A stretch of DNA of 64,000 nucleotides from an uncultured candidate division Zixibacteria bacterium (GTDB lineage: Bacteria > Zixibacteria > MSB-5A5 > GN15 > FEB-12): assembly GCA_963664195.1 (NCBI GenBank), contig OY760907.1, positions 2,016,001 to 2,080,000 of the forward strand, in the 5' to 3' direction. Numbering within the stretch: position 1 is the first letter of the stretch; each line of letters begins with the position of its first letter. A program made the translations under genes and the position numbers. The notes under the pieces are model-generated. The model saw only the letters and a program-made list of their open reading frames with translations, did not search any database and had not been told where the DNA came from. Below are positions 1 through 8,340 of this stretch, piece by piece.

Positions 1-481
1 TCTTGTCCGGGTTTCCTCTCCGAACGGGGGATACTTTGTACAGGTTGCTCCAGATCAAGTATGAAGACCAGCATTTCTCTATGTTCTCAGCATTGGGGAT
101 ATTCAAGCCCAGAGTGATTCCCCTAATCGTGCGCCAGAAGGGTGATTTGGCCGTGTTGTAGTCGACATCTCTATTGCGCCAATTGTACGTTACCCAATTG
201 AGGCGATCTCCACTATTGGTGGCTCTGTTCTCTGTGGCTGCCTTGAGTTCATCGTCGAGGGTCAACTTGCCACTTGCGAAATCCTCCGGTGTCCAACCCA
301 CCCTGTCTCCGCTTCCGTTGACCGCCCGTCCGACAACCATCAACGGATTGCCGCAATTTCTGGACTTTGTCCCCTGCTGTGGGGCGAAAAGGGTGAGCGG
401 CTTGGAATTGAGACGTTTCTCATTTGAATCCACTACTCCTCGCAGAACTTCCCGCAACCCGTCAACTATTCTCTTGTCCAT
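1..481 (-). CDS. Hypothetical protein, uracil-DNA glycosylase-like superfamily (3' end runs off window)
   Basis: Manual translation from ATG at 481 (GGAGG RBS upstream) is open to position 1: MDKRIVDGL...LMVVGRAVNG...YNTAKSPFWR...LIWSNLYKVSP..GNP. The motifs resemble the UDG-like fold. Absent from the ORF track because it lacks a stop inside the window. Confidence 0.6.
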   Translation of the reverse strand, partial: MDKRIVDGLREVLRGVVDSNEKRLNSKPLTLFAPQQGTKSRNCGNPLMVVGRAVNGSGDRVGWTPEDFASGKLTLDDELKAATENRATNSGDRLNWVTYNWRNRDVDYNTAKSPFWRTIRGITLGLNIPNAENIEKCWSSYLIWSNLYKVSPVRRGNPDK

Positions 482-675
482 ATGAGTCCTCCCACGACAT
501 CCCAAACATTTATGATGGTGATAATCGTCTGTGATATACACAATATATGCCGTTTGGTGATGCCTGTCAATCGCAGACCCCGGACTGGACCGGGCTACCG
601 GCTAACTCTTTTCTCAGATGCACAACTAATGCGTGGTTGATCGGTAAGTCAATCGTCAGAGAATCGACAAGAGGA

Positions 676-1035
676 CTAGTCTTCTCTTTGATTGTTATCG
701 GAAATGTCGAGCATCTGAGTGCCCTCGACGTACTCAACCGAGTCGGGCCTGGCGATGAGCAGGAGTCGGCGAGTGACGGTCAATATCCGGTCAGCCGACA
801 TCTCAATGACCTTGAGCCTCTCGATTAACGATTTGTCAAGTTTCTCAGGATCGCGCAACAAGAGTCGGATGTTGCCGAGGATCGCCGCGAGAGGCGTATT
901 GATTTCATGGTTGACGGTCACCGCCGTTTCAACGATGCCGGCCATTTTCTCGCGGTTCAGAGGTCTATTGATGGTCCTTGAACCAATCGACGGGACCTCC
1001 ACAGCGATATCCACGATTCGTTTTCTGTGGGCCAC
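676..1035 (-). CDS. Stand-alone HisKA (dimerization/phosphoacceptor) domain protein without ATPase domain
   Basis: H-box ETAVTVNHEINTPLAAILG followed by a short C-terminus (YVEGTQMLDI). GTG at 1035 is preceded by AAGGTGG; the track start is 1146. Confidence 0.75.
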   Translation of the reverse strand: MAHRKRIVDIAVEVPSIGSRTINRPLNREKMAGIVETAVTVNHEINTPLAAILGNIRLLLRDPEKLDKSLIERLKVIEMSADRILTVTRRLLLIARPDSVEYVEGTQMLDISDNNQRED

Positions 1036-1194
1036 AATAACCACCTTTTGCCTTTGTGCGAGTGTTATTTCCACGGGACTCTGTTCTGTTGCCCCACAAT
1101 CTGAACACGTACAATCGTCGTTTTGAAACAACTGCTGCCGTCGCAAGTAGTTGTGACATCACACAGTATATCATAACATATCTAAAACGGCCGG

Positions 1195-1239
1195 TCAATC
1201 GGCCTTAGGATTGAAAAAGAGGTCTAGTCCCTAAGATTG
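1195..1239. promoter_or_regulatory. Putative transcription-factor binding site, copy A (AATC-N8-GATT plus CTAG...GATT)
   Basis: TCAATCGGCCTTAGGATTGAAAAAGAGGTCTAGTCCCTAAGATTG aligns with 2598-2640. A minus-strand -10 (TATGAT) lies at 1170-1175. Confidence 0.55.
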
Positions 1240-1327
1240 AGACTTCGCGGTTCGTTGGCGATTTCCCTGTTGCTCATTCCTCTGGAGATCAGGTCGATCA
1301 TACCGAAAGAGAGTCTGAGCTTGGTAG

Positions 1328-2071
1328 TCATCTCCAGCTCTGGATGGCAACGGCTCCGCCTTCATTCTCCCATCTCTCGGCGGCGGCATTTATCGGATAC
1401 TCTCGATTCCATATGGACGGCAGTCCTAGAGAGATGTTCTCGCGATCCAGCTCGAACTCGCAGCTGTTTGTCCCAACCACTGGCTGGCCGTCAGATGTTT
1501 TTTGAGAGCGATCGGCGGTCTCAAGGACATATCCTGGGATCAACCTTCGAAGTTTCGTGAGTATCACCTTCATGGAGTCTTCAGCAAGATCATTTATATA
1601 GGCGATTTCTGCGTAAGAGAATTGCTCACGATACAGTAGTGTCAGCATCAGGCGAGAGTGCGGTTTGAGACGTGCGACGGCTTCCTTGACGGCTACATCC
1701 GAGATTCCGGCGAGCAGCGGCAGCTGTGAGTGTTTAATCGCTGTCGTCGTGTTCTGCGGATTCTCTCCATCATAATCTGCAGATGCCCCTGCGTTTTCTG
1801 AATGAATTGGCGTGGATTGATACAACTGCTGTTTACGATTCCCTGAGCCAAGAAGCTCTCTCGTGAGTATTCTGAACAGCCATGCTTTGCGATTGACTGA
1901 ACTATCAGAATCAGGCCACTCCCGATAGCCTCGTGCCATGGTCTTCAGTACGAGTTCTTCAGCAAGACTGCTACGCAAGGTAAACCACAATGCGCTTTGC
2001 CAAAGCGAATCGAGGTGAGGGAAGGTGTCTTTCACAAACTGCTTCCGACGATCTGCTATTCCAGTGGTCAT
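1328..2071 (-). CDS. ECF sigma-70 factor-like protein, degenerate, with C-terminal extension
   Basis: Region 2-like AEELVLKT...KAWLFRIL and region 4-like EQFSYAEIA. Ends with an ERWENEGG motif. ATG at 2071 has GGGAG upstream and follows the ATP-cone gene stop. Confidence 0.7.
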   Translation of the reverse strand: MTTGIADRRKQFVKDTFPHLDSLWQSALWFTLRSSLAEELVLKTMARGYREWPDSDSSVNRKAWLFRILTRELLGSGNRKQQLYQSTPIHSENAGASADYDGENPQNTTTAIKHSQLPLLAGISDVAVKEAVARLKPHSRLMLTLLYREQFSYAEIAYINDLAEDSMKVILTKLRRLIPGYVLETADRSQKTSDGQPVVGTNSCEFELDRENISLGLPSIWNREYPINAAAERWENEGGAVAIQSWR

Positions 2072-2102
2072 CTTGCATCTCCCGATTTCAAATGGCGCGG
2101 CA

Positions 2103-2345
2103 TCAAGTAGTGTGGGCCTTCTTGGGATGCGACTCGTACCGTTTGGCGGCCTGCGGCTCTTTGTTCTTGATAGCGCCAATTACGCACTTCCGAACTTCCG
2201 AGGTGTCAATGCCCTCGTGATGTCTGATATCAGCCGCTACCAGCCGGGCAATTTCCTGGGTGACACCGGCGCCCCGCATGGAGTTGAGGATTTTGTCCGT
2301 CTGGAAGCTCTCTTCTTTTCCGGACCGTTTGACTACGGTGTTCAT
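2103..2345 (-). CDS. Stand-alone ATP-cone domain protein (80 aa)
   Basis: MNTVVKRSGKEESFQTDKI...IDTSEVR matches the ATP-cone signature VxKRxG...F...KI. ATG at 2345 has a purine-rich RBS. Confidence 0.85.
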   Translation of the reverse strand: MNTVVKRSGKEESFQTDKILNSMRGAGVTQEIARLVAADIRHHEGIDTSEVRKCVIGAIKNKEPQAAKRYESHPKKAHTT

Positions 2346-2597
2346 AATTGACGCTCTCTTTCCTGGCTGACGCCATGCTGTTTGATTTCGTAACCAGCCC
2401 GCAGGGTTTCTCGAAACCCGGCTTCTGGCATACCCTGCTATTCCTTGCCTTGACACACTTACCAGCACGCAAGCTCGACAATATGAACCTGATGCCTCAG
2501 GGTAGTGTGGACTGGCAAGGTTGATTACTTGCTGTCGATGCAGGTCACTCCTACTGTCCCTTTACCACAACCAAATATACCTGAGTCGAACCGGCTA

Positions 2598-2640
2598 TCA
2601 ATCGGTCAAACGATTGAAAAAGGGACTAGATCGTAGGATT
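2598..2640. promoter_or_regulatory. Putative transcription-factor binding site, copy B
   Basis: TCAATCGGTCAAACGATTGAAAAAGGGACTAGATCGTAGGATT has the same architecture as 1195-1239. A minus-strand -10 (TATATT) lies about 20 bp downstream. Confidence 0.55.
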
Positions 2641-2655
2641 TAGAGAATAGGGAGA

Positions 2656-3336
2656 TTAATCGGCATCGCTGTCCGGTGATTTTCTCACCATGCCTTCGGT
2701 GAGGGCGAAGGAGGCCAGTTCCAGCCGGGTGTGAAGAGCCAGTTTCTCCAGCGTGTTGTGGACGTGGCTCTTGACCGTATGAACGGCGATATGAAGTTCT
2801 TTGGAGATTTCCTTATTGCTCATCCCCCTCGAGATTAGATCGACCACCTCGTGTTCCCTCCTGGTCAACGCGACCGCCTTCATGAATCGGTCTGCTTTTC
2901 CACTCTTGACGGCGTACTCGACTATATGAGAGAAGAGAGAATCGGTCAGGGGTGAAGGCAGGACTTTCTTGCCCTCGGCGACCGACCGGATGGTGTGCAG
3001 AAAATCGTCGATGGTGGCATCCTTGAGGATGAAACCGGCGACACCCGCCTTAATGAATTCGGCGACTTCGGCCTGCGACGGGATTAGATCCATCACCACA
3101 ATCTCGGTCTTGGGGAATTCCTTCTTAATAGTCCCTGCAATTCGCAGGCTGTTCTGGCTGGCCAGACCAAGATCGAGGAGAACAACCTGGGGATTGATTT
3201 TCCTGGCTTTCGCAAGGGCATCACCATTGCCGGTCGACGACACAGCCTTGATATCCGGCTGATCGTTGATCATGGCGGTTATCCCCTCGCGCAGGAGCCG
3301 GTTATCTTCTATTAAGAGAACTCGTATTTTCGACAT
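2656..3336 (-). CDS. NarL/FixJ-family response regulator (REC + LuxR HTH)
   Basis: IRVLLIEDN...VVLLDL...GFILKD receiver domain; LTRREHEVV..ISRGMSNKEISKELHIAVHTVKSHV HTH. Confidence 0.95.
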   Translation of the reverse strand: MSKIRVLLIEDNRLLREGITAMINDQPDIKAVSSTGNGDALAKARKINPQVVLLDLGLASQNSLRIAGTIKKEFPKTEIVVMDLIPSQAEVAEFIKAGVAGFILKDATIDDFLHTIRSVAEGKKVLPSPLTDSLFSHIVEYAVKSGKADRFMKAVALTRREHEVVDLISRGMSNKEISKELHIAVHTVKSHVHNTLEKLALHTRLELASFALTEGMVRKSPDSDAD

Positions 3337-3453
3337 ATATTAATACTATGAAACTCCGTTGGCAATGATATCAACTCAAAATAGAAATTCGGCGAAAGTC
3401 TGTCAAGTTTAATCCAAACTCCGTCCCCAGCACCCTGTTCCCCCGTTAAAACC

Positions 3454-3481
3454 TTGACGAAAGTCGATTTTCCATTATAAT
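3454..3481 (+). promoter_or_regulatory. Sigma70-type promoter
   Basis: TTGACG-N16-TATAAT about 30 bp upstream of ATG 3514. Confidence 0.6.
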
Positions 3482-3513
3482 GTAAGTACAACGTCTGCTT
3501 GTGAAAGGTGCGC

Positions 3514-6003
3514 ATGACCAGACTGCTAATCGTACTTGCCCTCATACTCCTATGTGTCGGAACAGCTTTTTCACAAACGGCGATCAGGATCGATCATACT
3601 CCCAACGGGACGATCGGCGAACTTACGCAGGTTGAAATCCTGATCGACAACGCGGACCCCGCTCTCCCGCTTGGCGGGTTCGATCTGCTCCTCCGACACC
3701 ACCACGCTCTTGAGCTTCAGTCTGCCCAGATGGGATCGTTGCTTTTAGGCTGTCAGTGGGAGTATTTCAACTGGTCGACGCCCCATTTCAATACCGTCCG
3801 TCTTGTGGCGCTTGCCGAGACCAACAACGGACCGATTCATCCGCTCTGCCATGCCACAGGGTCCGGCGTGTTGGCGAACCTCACGTTTTCGATATGTAAT
3901 GACGGTATCCAGGAGGGGGACTATCTCCAAATCCAATGGATATGGTACGAATGCGGCGACAACGCGGCTTCCTCACTTGACGGCACCGATTTGTACGTTT
4001 CAGATCAAGTTTACGATTTTGCCGGCGGCTACCATTTCGAGATCACTGAGGATTCCCTTATGCCGTCGCCGTTCGGCGCCCCCGATGAATGTCTGCCCGA
4101 GGATTCGACCATTGTTCGCAGAATAGATTTCTATAACGGCGGCGTTTATCTCGGCGAACGCGATATTGAACCGCCGGTGCTGACTTGCCCCGAAGATATG
4201 ACTGTGAACACCGATCCCGGCCAATGCGGCGCCGTGGTTGACTACGTGGTTACGCTTACAGACAATTGTCCGGGAGCGGTGATGTCCTGTATTCCCTTCT
4301 CTGGTTCGTTTATGCCGCTTGGAACAACTACTATTGATTGCGCCGCGGTCGACACTGCCGGCAACTACGTGGAGTGCGAGTTCACGATTACCGTAGAAGA
4401 CCACCAGTCGCCGGAGCTGTCGTGTCCGGATTCTATTGTCGTATCCGCCACGCCGGGAGAGTGTACCGGAGCAATAGATTACGTGCCGGAAGTCACGGAC
4501 AACTGCTACGGCGTGAACGTGTCTGCTTTCCCGTCGCTTGATACGGAGTTCGAGGTAGGAGTTACCGAACTACTTCTGATTGCTACCGATCCGGCCGGCA
4601 ATTACGACGGCTGCTACATAGATGTCGTTGTCCTGGACGAAGAATCGCCGGTTCTCACGTGTCCTGCCGATATCGTTGTCGACAACACGCCCGGCGAATG
4701 CGGGGCAGAGGTAGACTTCGACTTGTTGGCAACTGATAACTGCGAAGTGGCCGTTGTGACCTCCAATCCGCCCTCGGGATCGTTTTTCGAGATTGGTGCT
4801 CACGTCGTACAGGCGGTAGCAGTCGACAACGCCGGAAATGCCGATACCTGTGAGTTTTCCGTGACTGTCAAGGATACCGAGCCGCCGATGGCCGTCTGTC
4901 CCGGGGATATTACCGTGTTCAACGACTCAGGTTCCTACGGGGCGGTAGTTGTTTTCAATGTCGACGCAACGGATAACTGTGTCGGCGTGTCTGTGGCTGC
5001 TGCTCCGCCGTCAGGCACGTTTTTTGAGTCCGGTCAGCATTCAGTAGAGACGGTGGCGCGTGACGCTTCCGGGAATGCTGATACCTGCGAGTTTACTGTC
5101 ATCGTTAAGCTAAACGATCCGGACGGCGACGGTCGTCCGAGTTGGGATGACAATTGCCCGGATTTCGCCAATTCCGACCAACTCGACGCTGATGCTGACG
5201 GTCTCGGCGATGTCTGCGACGAATGTACCGATACCGACGGCGACGGCTATGGCGATGCCGGTTTCGCCGCCAATACCTGCATGCCGGACAATTGCCCGGC
5301 AACGCCCAACCCGGACCAACTCGACGCAGATACTGACGGCCTCGGGGACATCTGCGATGAGTGCACGGATACCGATGGTGATGGCTACGGCGACCCCGGT
5401 TTTGCCGCCAATGCCTGTATCCTCGACAATTGCCCGTCGGTGCCCAATCTGGATCAACGCGATGCCGATGCTGACGGGATTGGTGACGTTTGTGACGAGT
5501 GTACAGACACCGATGACGACGGTTACGGTGACCCCGGTTTTGCGGCTAACACGTGTGTGCCGGATAACTGCCCGTCTCTACCCAATCCGGATCAGTCCGA
5601 TGCCGATGCCGATGGCTCTGGCGACGAGTGCGATGAATGTACGGATACGGATGGTGACGGCTACGGTGACCCCGGTTTCGCCGCCAACACCTGCGGCGAA
5701 GACAATTGCCCGTCGAAGGCTAATCCGGACCAGTCTGATGCAGATTCCAATGGTCTTGGCGACGCCTGTTGCTGCACAGGATTGACGATCGGTAATGTCG
5801 ACGGTTCACCGGACGATCTGGTGACGATGAGCGATTTGACGGCACTGATCGACCAGCTATTCGTTAGTCTTGGCAGCGCCGGCTGTGTGTCCGAGGCGAA
5901 TGTCGATCTCAGCTCTGACAAGCAGATCACCATGGGGGACCTCACAATCCTCATAGATCACCTATTCATTAACTTGACGCCGCTGCCTGCATGCCCGCAA
6001 TAG
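3514..6003 (+). CDS. Secreted protein: cohesin-like domain + 4 HYR domains + thrombospondin type 3 repeats + dockerin-like tail
   Basis: Signal peptide; LGGFDLLL...WEYF...VRLVALAETNNG cohesin-like domain; four DxExPxxxCP HYR repeats; DNCP..NPDQxDxDxDGxGDxC repeats; CCC..GNVD...TMxDLT.LID.LF duplicated EF-hand-like tail. Confidence 0.85.
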   Translation: MTRLLIVLALILLCVGTAFSQTAIRIDHTPNGTIGELTQVEILIDNADPALPLGGFDLLLRHHHALELQSAQMGSLLLGCQWEYFNWSTPHFNTVRLVALAETNNGPIHPLCHATGSGVLANLTFSICNDGIQEGDYLQIQWIWYECGDNAASSLDGTDLYVSDQVYDFAGGYHFEITEDSLMPSPFGAPDECLPEDSTIVRRIDFYNGGVYLGERDIEPPVLTCPEDMTVNTDPGQCGAVVDYVVTLTDNCPGAVMSCIPFSGSFMPLGTTTIDCAAVDTAGNYVECEFTITVEDHQSPELSCPDSIVVSATPGECTGAIDYVPEVTDNCYGVNVSAFPSLDTEFEVGVTELLLIATDPAGNYDGCYIDVVVLDEESPVLTCPADIVVDNTPGECGAEVDFDLLATDNCEVAVVTSNPPSGSFFEIGAHVVQAVAVDNAGNADTCEFSVTVKDTEPPMAVCPGDITVFNDSGSYGAVVVFNVDATDNCVGVSVAAAPPSGTFFESGQHSVETVARDASGNADTCEFTVIVKLNDPDGDGRPSWDDNCPDFANSDQLDADADGLGDVCDECTDTDGDGYGDAGFAANTCMPDNCPATPNPDQLDADTDGLGDICDECTDTDGDGYGDPGFAANACILDNCPSVPNLDQRDADADGIGDVCDECTDTDDDGYGDPGFAANTCVPDNCPSLPNPDQSDADADGSGDECDECTDTDGDGYGDPGFAANTCGEDNCPSKANPDQSDADSNGLGDACCCTGLTIGNVDGSPDDLVTMSDLTALIDQLFVSLGSAGCVSEANVDLSSDKQITMGDLTILIDHLFINLTPLPACPQ
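5149..5772 (+). repeat. Intragenic tandem repeat, 138-bp unit, about 4.5 copies (TSP3 repeats)
   Basis: GAYAAYTGCCCG starts at 5149, 5287, 5425, 5563 and 5701, an exact 138-bp period. Confidence 0.9.
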
Positions 6004-6443
6004 TCCCCCAGACGGGGAAACCGCCGCTCGCAGCGTTCGACATTTCACAACAGCACTGAGGTTTTTCGCAATCCCGTTCGCCGAGAGCGTGCGAGCGGCA
6101 TGAGGATGCTGCTTTGCCGATTGCCGGTATGCCAAAGGAATATACCTGTTGGTATGCAGACTCTTTCTGTTCTTGGATCGCACAGTTGATCATCTCCGGC
6201 GCGGCTCCGGCTATAATTGTCTATGAAATAGACGATAAATCATTTGCGTTGCAGTTAATAATTGTGTATCTCCAGAAAAGCGGGTTGGAAGACAGGAAGC
6301 AGATCAGCCCGATTGTCGCTTCCTTGAACGAAAACTCGGCGCTCTTCCATCCTCGATAATTGGTAGCAGTTGCGCCGAAAATCCCCGGGGGAGGGGAAGA
6401 ACCAAATTCCATACACTTTTGGTAGTGAGGCTAGGCTCAGGAC

Positions 6444-6851
6444 ATGAAATACCGCACCAGACTATCGCGCAAGGCAGATTATGCGCTCAGAGCTATCAGG
6501 CACTGTACACGTCTCCCCAAGGACCAGTTCGGTTCAATCAGTGAAATCGCAGCGGCGGAGATGGTTCCACGCCAGTTTCTCGCCAGGATCCTCAGCGACT
6601 TGACTCAGGGCGGCATCCTGATCTCGCATCGAGGTGTCAAAGGCGGGTACAGACTCGCCCGTAAACCACGGGAGATCAGTTTCCTTGACGTTATCGAGAC
6701 TATTGACGGCTCGATTCAGCTCAATCTCGGACGTCACCGGAAGAACTGCGAAATCAGCAAATTCTGGGGCACCCAGGAAGACATGATGATCAAAGCGCTG
6801 CGCAAGCAGCATTTCGGAATGTATGTGAAGAAGACCACGAAGAAAAAATAA
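6444..6851 (+). CDS. Rrf2-family transcriptional regulator
   Basis: LSRKADYALRA...ISEIA...SHRGVKGGYRLARKPREISFLDVIETIDG. Confidence 0.93.
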   Translation: MKYRTRLSRKADYALRAIRHCTRLPKDQFGSISEIAAAEMVPRQFLARILSDLTQGGILISHRGVKGGYRLARKPREISFLDVIETIDGSIQLNLGRHRKNCEISKFWGTQEDMMIKALRKQHFGMYVKKTTKKK

Positions 6852-6886
6852 CAGCTCACGCAGACTGTTGTTTTGAATCGGATTTG

Positions 6887-6917
6887 AAGCCGGCTGGGAT
6901 TTTCAGCCGGCTTTTTT
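6887..6917 (+). terminator. Intrinsic terminator
   Basis: AAGCCGGCTG-loop-CAGCCGGCTT plus T-tract. Confidence 0.8.
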
Positions 6918-7005
6918 GTGGCTGATTCGACCCCGCAGGAATCGAGGCGGGTCGATTCTCGTATGTTCCTGTCGCACAGTAAGATGAAAAGAGACTGCTT
7001 TATCC

Positions 7006-7034
7006 TTGACGCAACGGGGCCGAAACGGTATATT
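7006..7034 (+). promoter_or_regulatory. Sigma70-type promoter
   Basis: TTGACG-N17-TATATT; implies the track start at 7006 is not the real start. Confidence 0.6.
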
Positions 7035-7149
7035 TAAGCAATTCAACTCGCGCGTATCATATCATATACAGGTAGACGCAAATCATGCTCGATCAGGGAG
7101 GCAGATTATGCAATCAATCGGGATTCTGAGAGTATCGGGGAGAGTCTCT

Positions 7150-8112
7150 ATGATGGTCCGATCAAAAGAGACGTGGCTGCTGCTCTCGATGATTTTGGTG
7201 TTCTCCGCCGCCAGTGTGTATTCGCAGTGCTCGGCGGCGAGTGCCGGTGTTAAGAATGCTTGGTCAGACGGGCCAACAACGTATCCCGAGCCGGGGTGCG
7301 TGCATCGGGCGAACCTGCTGCCCAAGAACGATTGCGATGCGCCGGGACCGTCCTACAACGAACCCTTGGTGTCGCATACGATCTATACCGAAGCGCCTGA
7401 CGGTCTGGAGTCCGACCAACAATGGGCTACGTTTATTGTCACTGACGGCTCGTGTTGCGCCGGAGGTTCGGTGGGAAATGTCGATGCCTCCGCAGATCTC
7501 CTGGTAACCATGGGCGACCTGACGGCACTGATTGATCATCTCTTCATCAGCATGGTACCGCTTGCCTGTCCGGACGAAGGCAATGTGGACATGAGCTCCG
7601 ATGGTCTCATAACGATGGGCGATTTAACCGTGTTGATAAATCATCTGTTCATCAGCCTCGCACCACTCCCTCCCTGCCCCGAACATGGCGCAGCGCCTGT
7701 CGGTATACTTACCGGCCACGGGTCGTGCAAGACAGGCAAGGGGACACTGGACGATCCTACCAGCAGTGAGGACTGTGTGGACTGGAGTTTCGAGGACGGC
7801 ACGCTGAGTATCAATCACATCAACGCCGGGTTCAACTGCTGTCCGATCATTCTGGCCGACATCACAATCGAGGGCAACCTGATCACGATTTCCGAGATCG
7901 ATTCGCTCGATGGTGGCGGCTGTGATTGCAATTGCCTGTTCGATGTGAACTACGAGATCACCGGCCTTCAGGCAGGTGTCTACCATCTGGTTGTCGACGA
8001 GCCGTATCGACAGAACCCTGACGAGCCGATTGACTTCATGCTGGATCTGTCCGCGACGCCTTCCGGGCGACATTGTGAGGACAGAACCGTCTATCCGTGG
8101 GGTGAATTGTAA
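7150..8112 (+). CDS. Secreted protein with dockerin-like domain and Cys-rich C-terminal domain
   Basis: Signal peptide from ATG 7150 (GGGGAG RBS); CC..GNVD..VTMGDLT dockerin-like pair; C-terminal NAGFNCCP...CDCNCL domain shared with the 9968 gene. Confidence 0.8.
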   Translation: MMVRSKETWLLLSMILVFSAASVYSQCSAASAGVKNAWSDGPTTYPEPGCVHRANLLPKNDCDAPGPSYNEPLVSHTIYTEAPDGLESDQQWATFIVTDGSCCAGGSVGNVDASADLLVTMGDLTALIDHLFISMVPLACPDEGNVDMSSDGLITMGDLTVLINHLFISLAPLPPCPEHGAAPVGILTGHGSCKTGKGTLDDPTSSEDCVDWSFEDGTLSINHINAGFNCCPIILADITIEGNLITISEIDSLDGGGCDCNCLFDVNYEITGLQAGVYHLVVDEPYRQNPDEPIDFMLDLSATPSGRHCEDRTVYPWGEL

Positions 8113-8136
8113 GAAGCCGCCGTTGAGACTGCATAT

Positions 8137-8173
8137 CGAGCCGGTTGCGTTTTTGCAGCCGGCTCGTTTTTTT
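8137..8173 (+). terminator. Intrinsic terminator
   Basis: CGAGCCGGTTGC-loop-GCAGCCGGCTCG plus T7. Confidence 0.8.
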
Positions 8174-8340
8174 GTACCGGTAAATGCCCTATTGGGCCGC
8201 GTAATGTCTAATACAACCTAATGTATACCTTAATACGCAAGATTTGCGCTTGCTAAGACAGACGACAGAGACTATCTTTCTATCAGATGGGGGTGATTCC
8301 GATGCGTGCGACTGACAAACCATATTCAGGGAGGTATCGT

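Noticed and set aside
2346..2570. Riboswitch in the long leader of the ATP-cone gene
   Set aside because: A small hairpin (GGGTTTC/GAAACCC) exists, but no known aptamer consensus was recognised.
5149..5772. Possible CRISPR array
   Set aside because: The whole 138-bp unit is repeated in frame within a CDS; there are no unique spacers and no cas genes.
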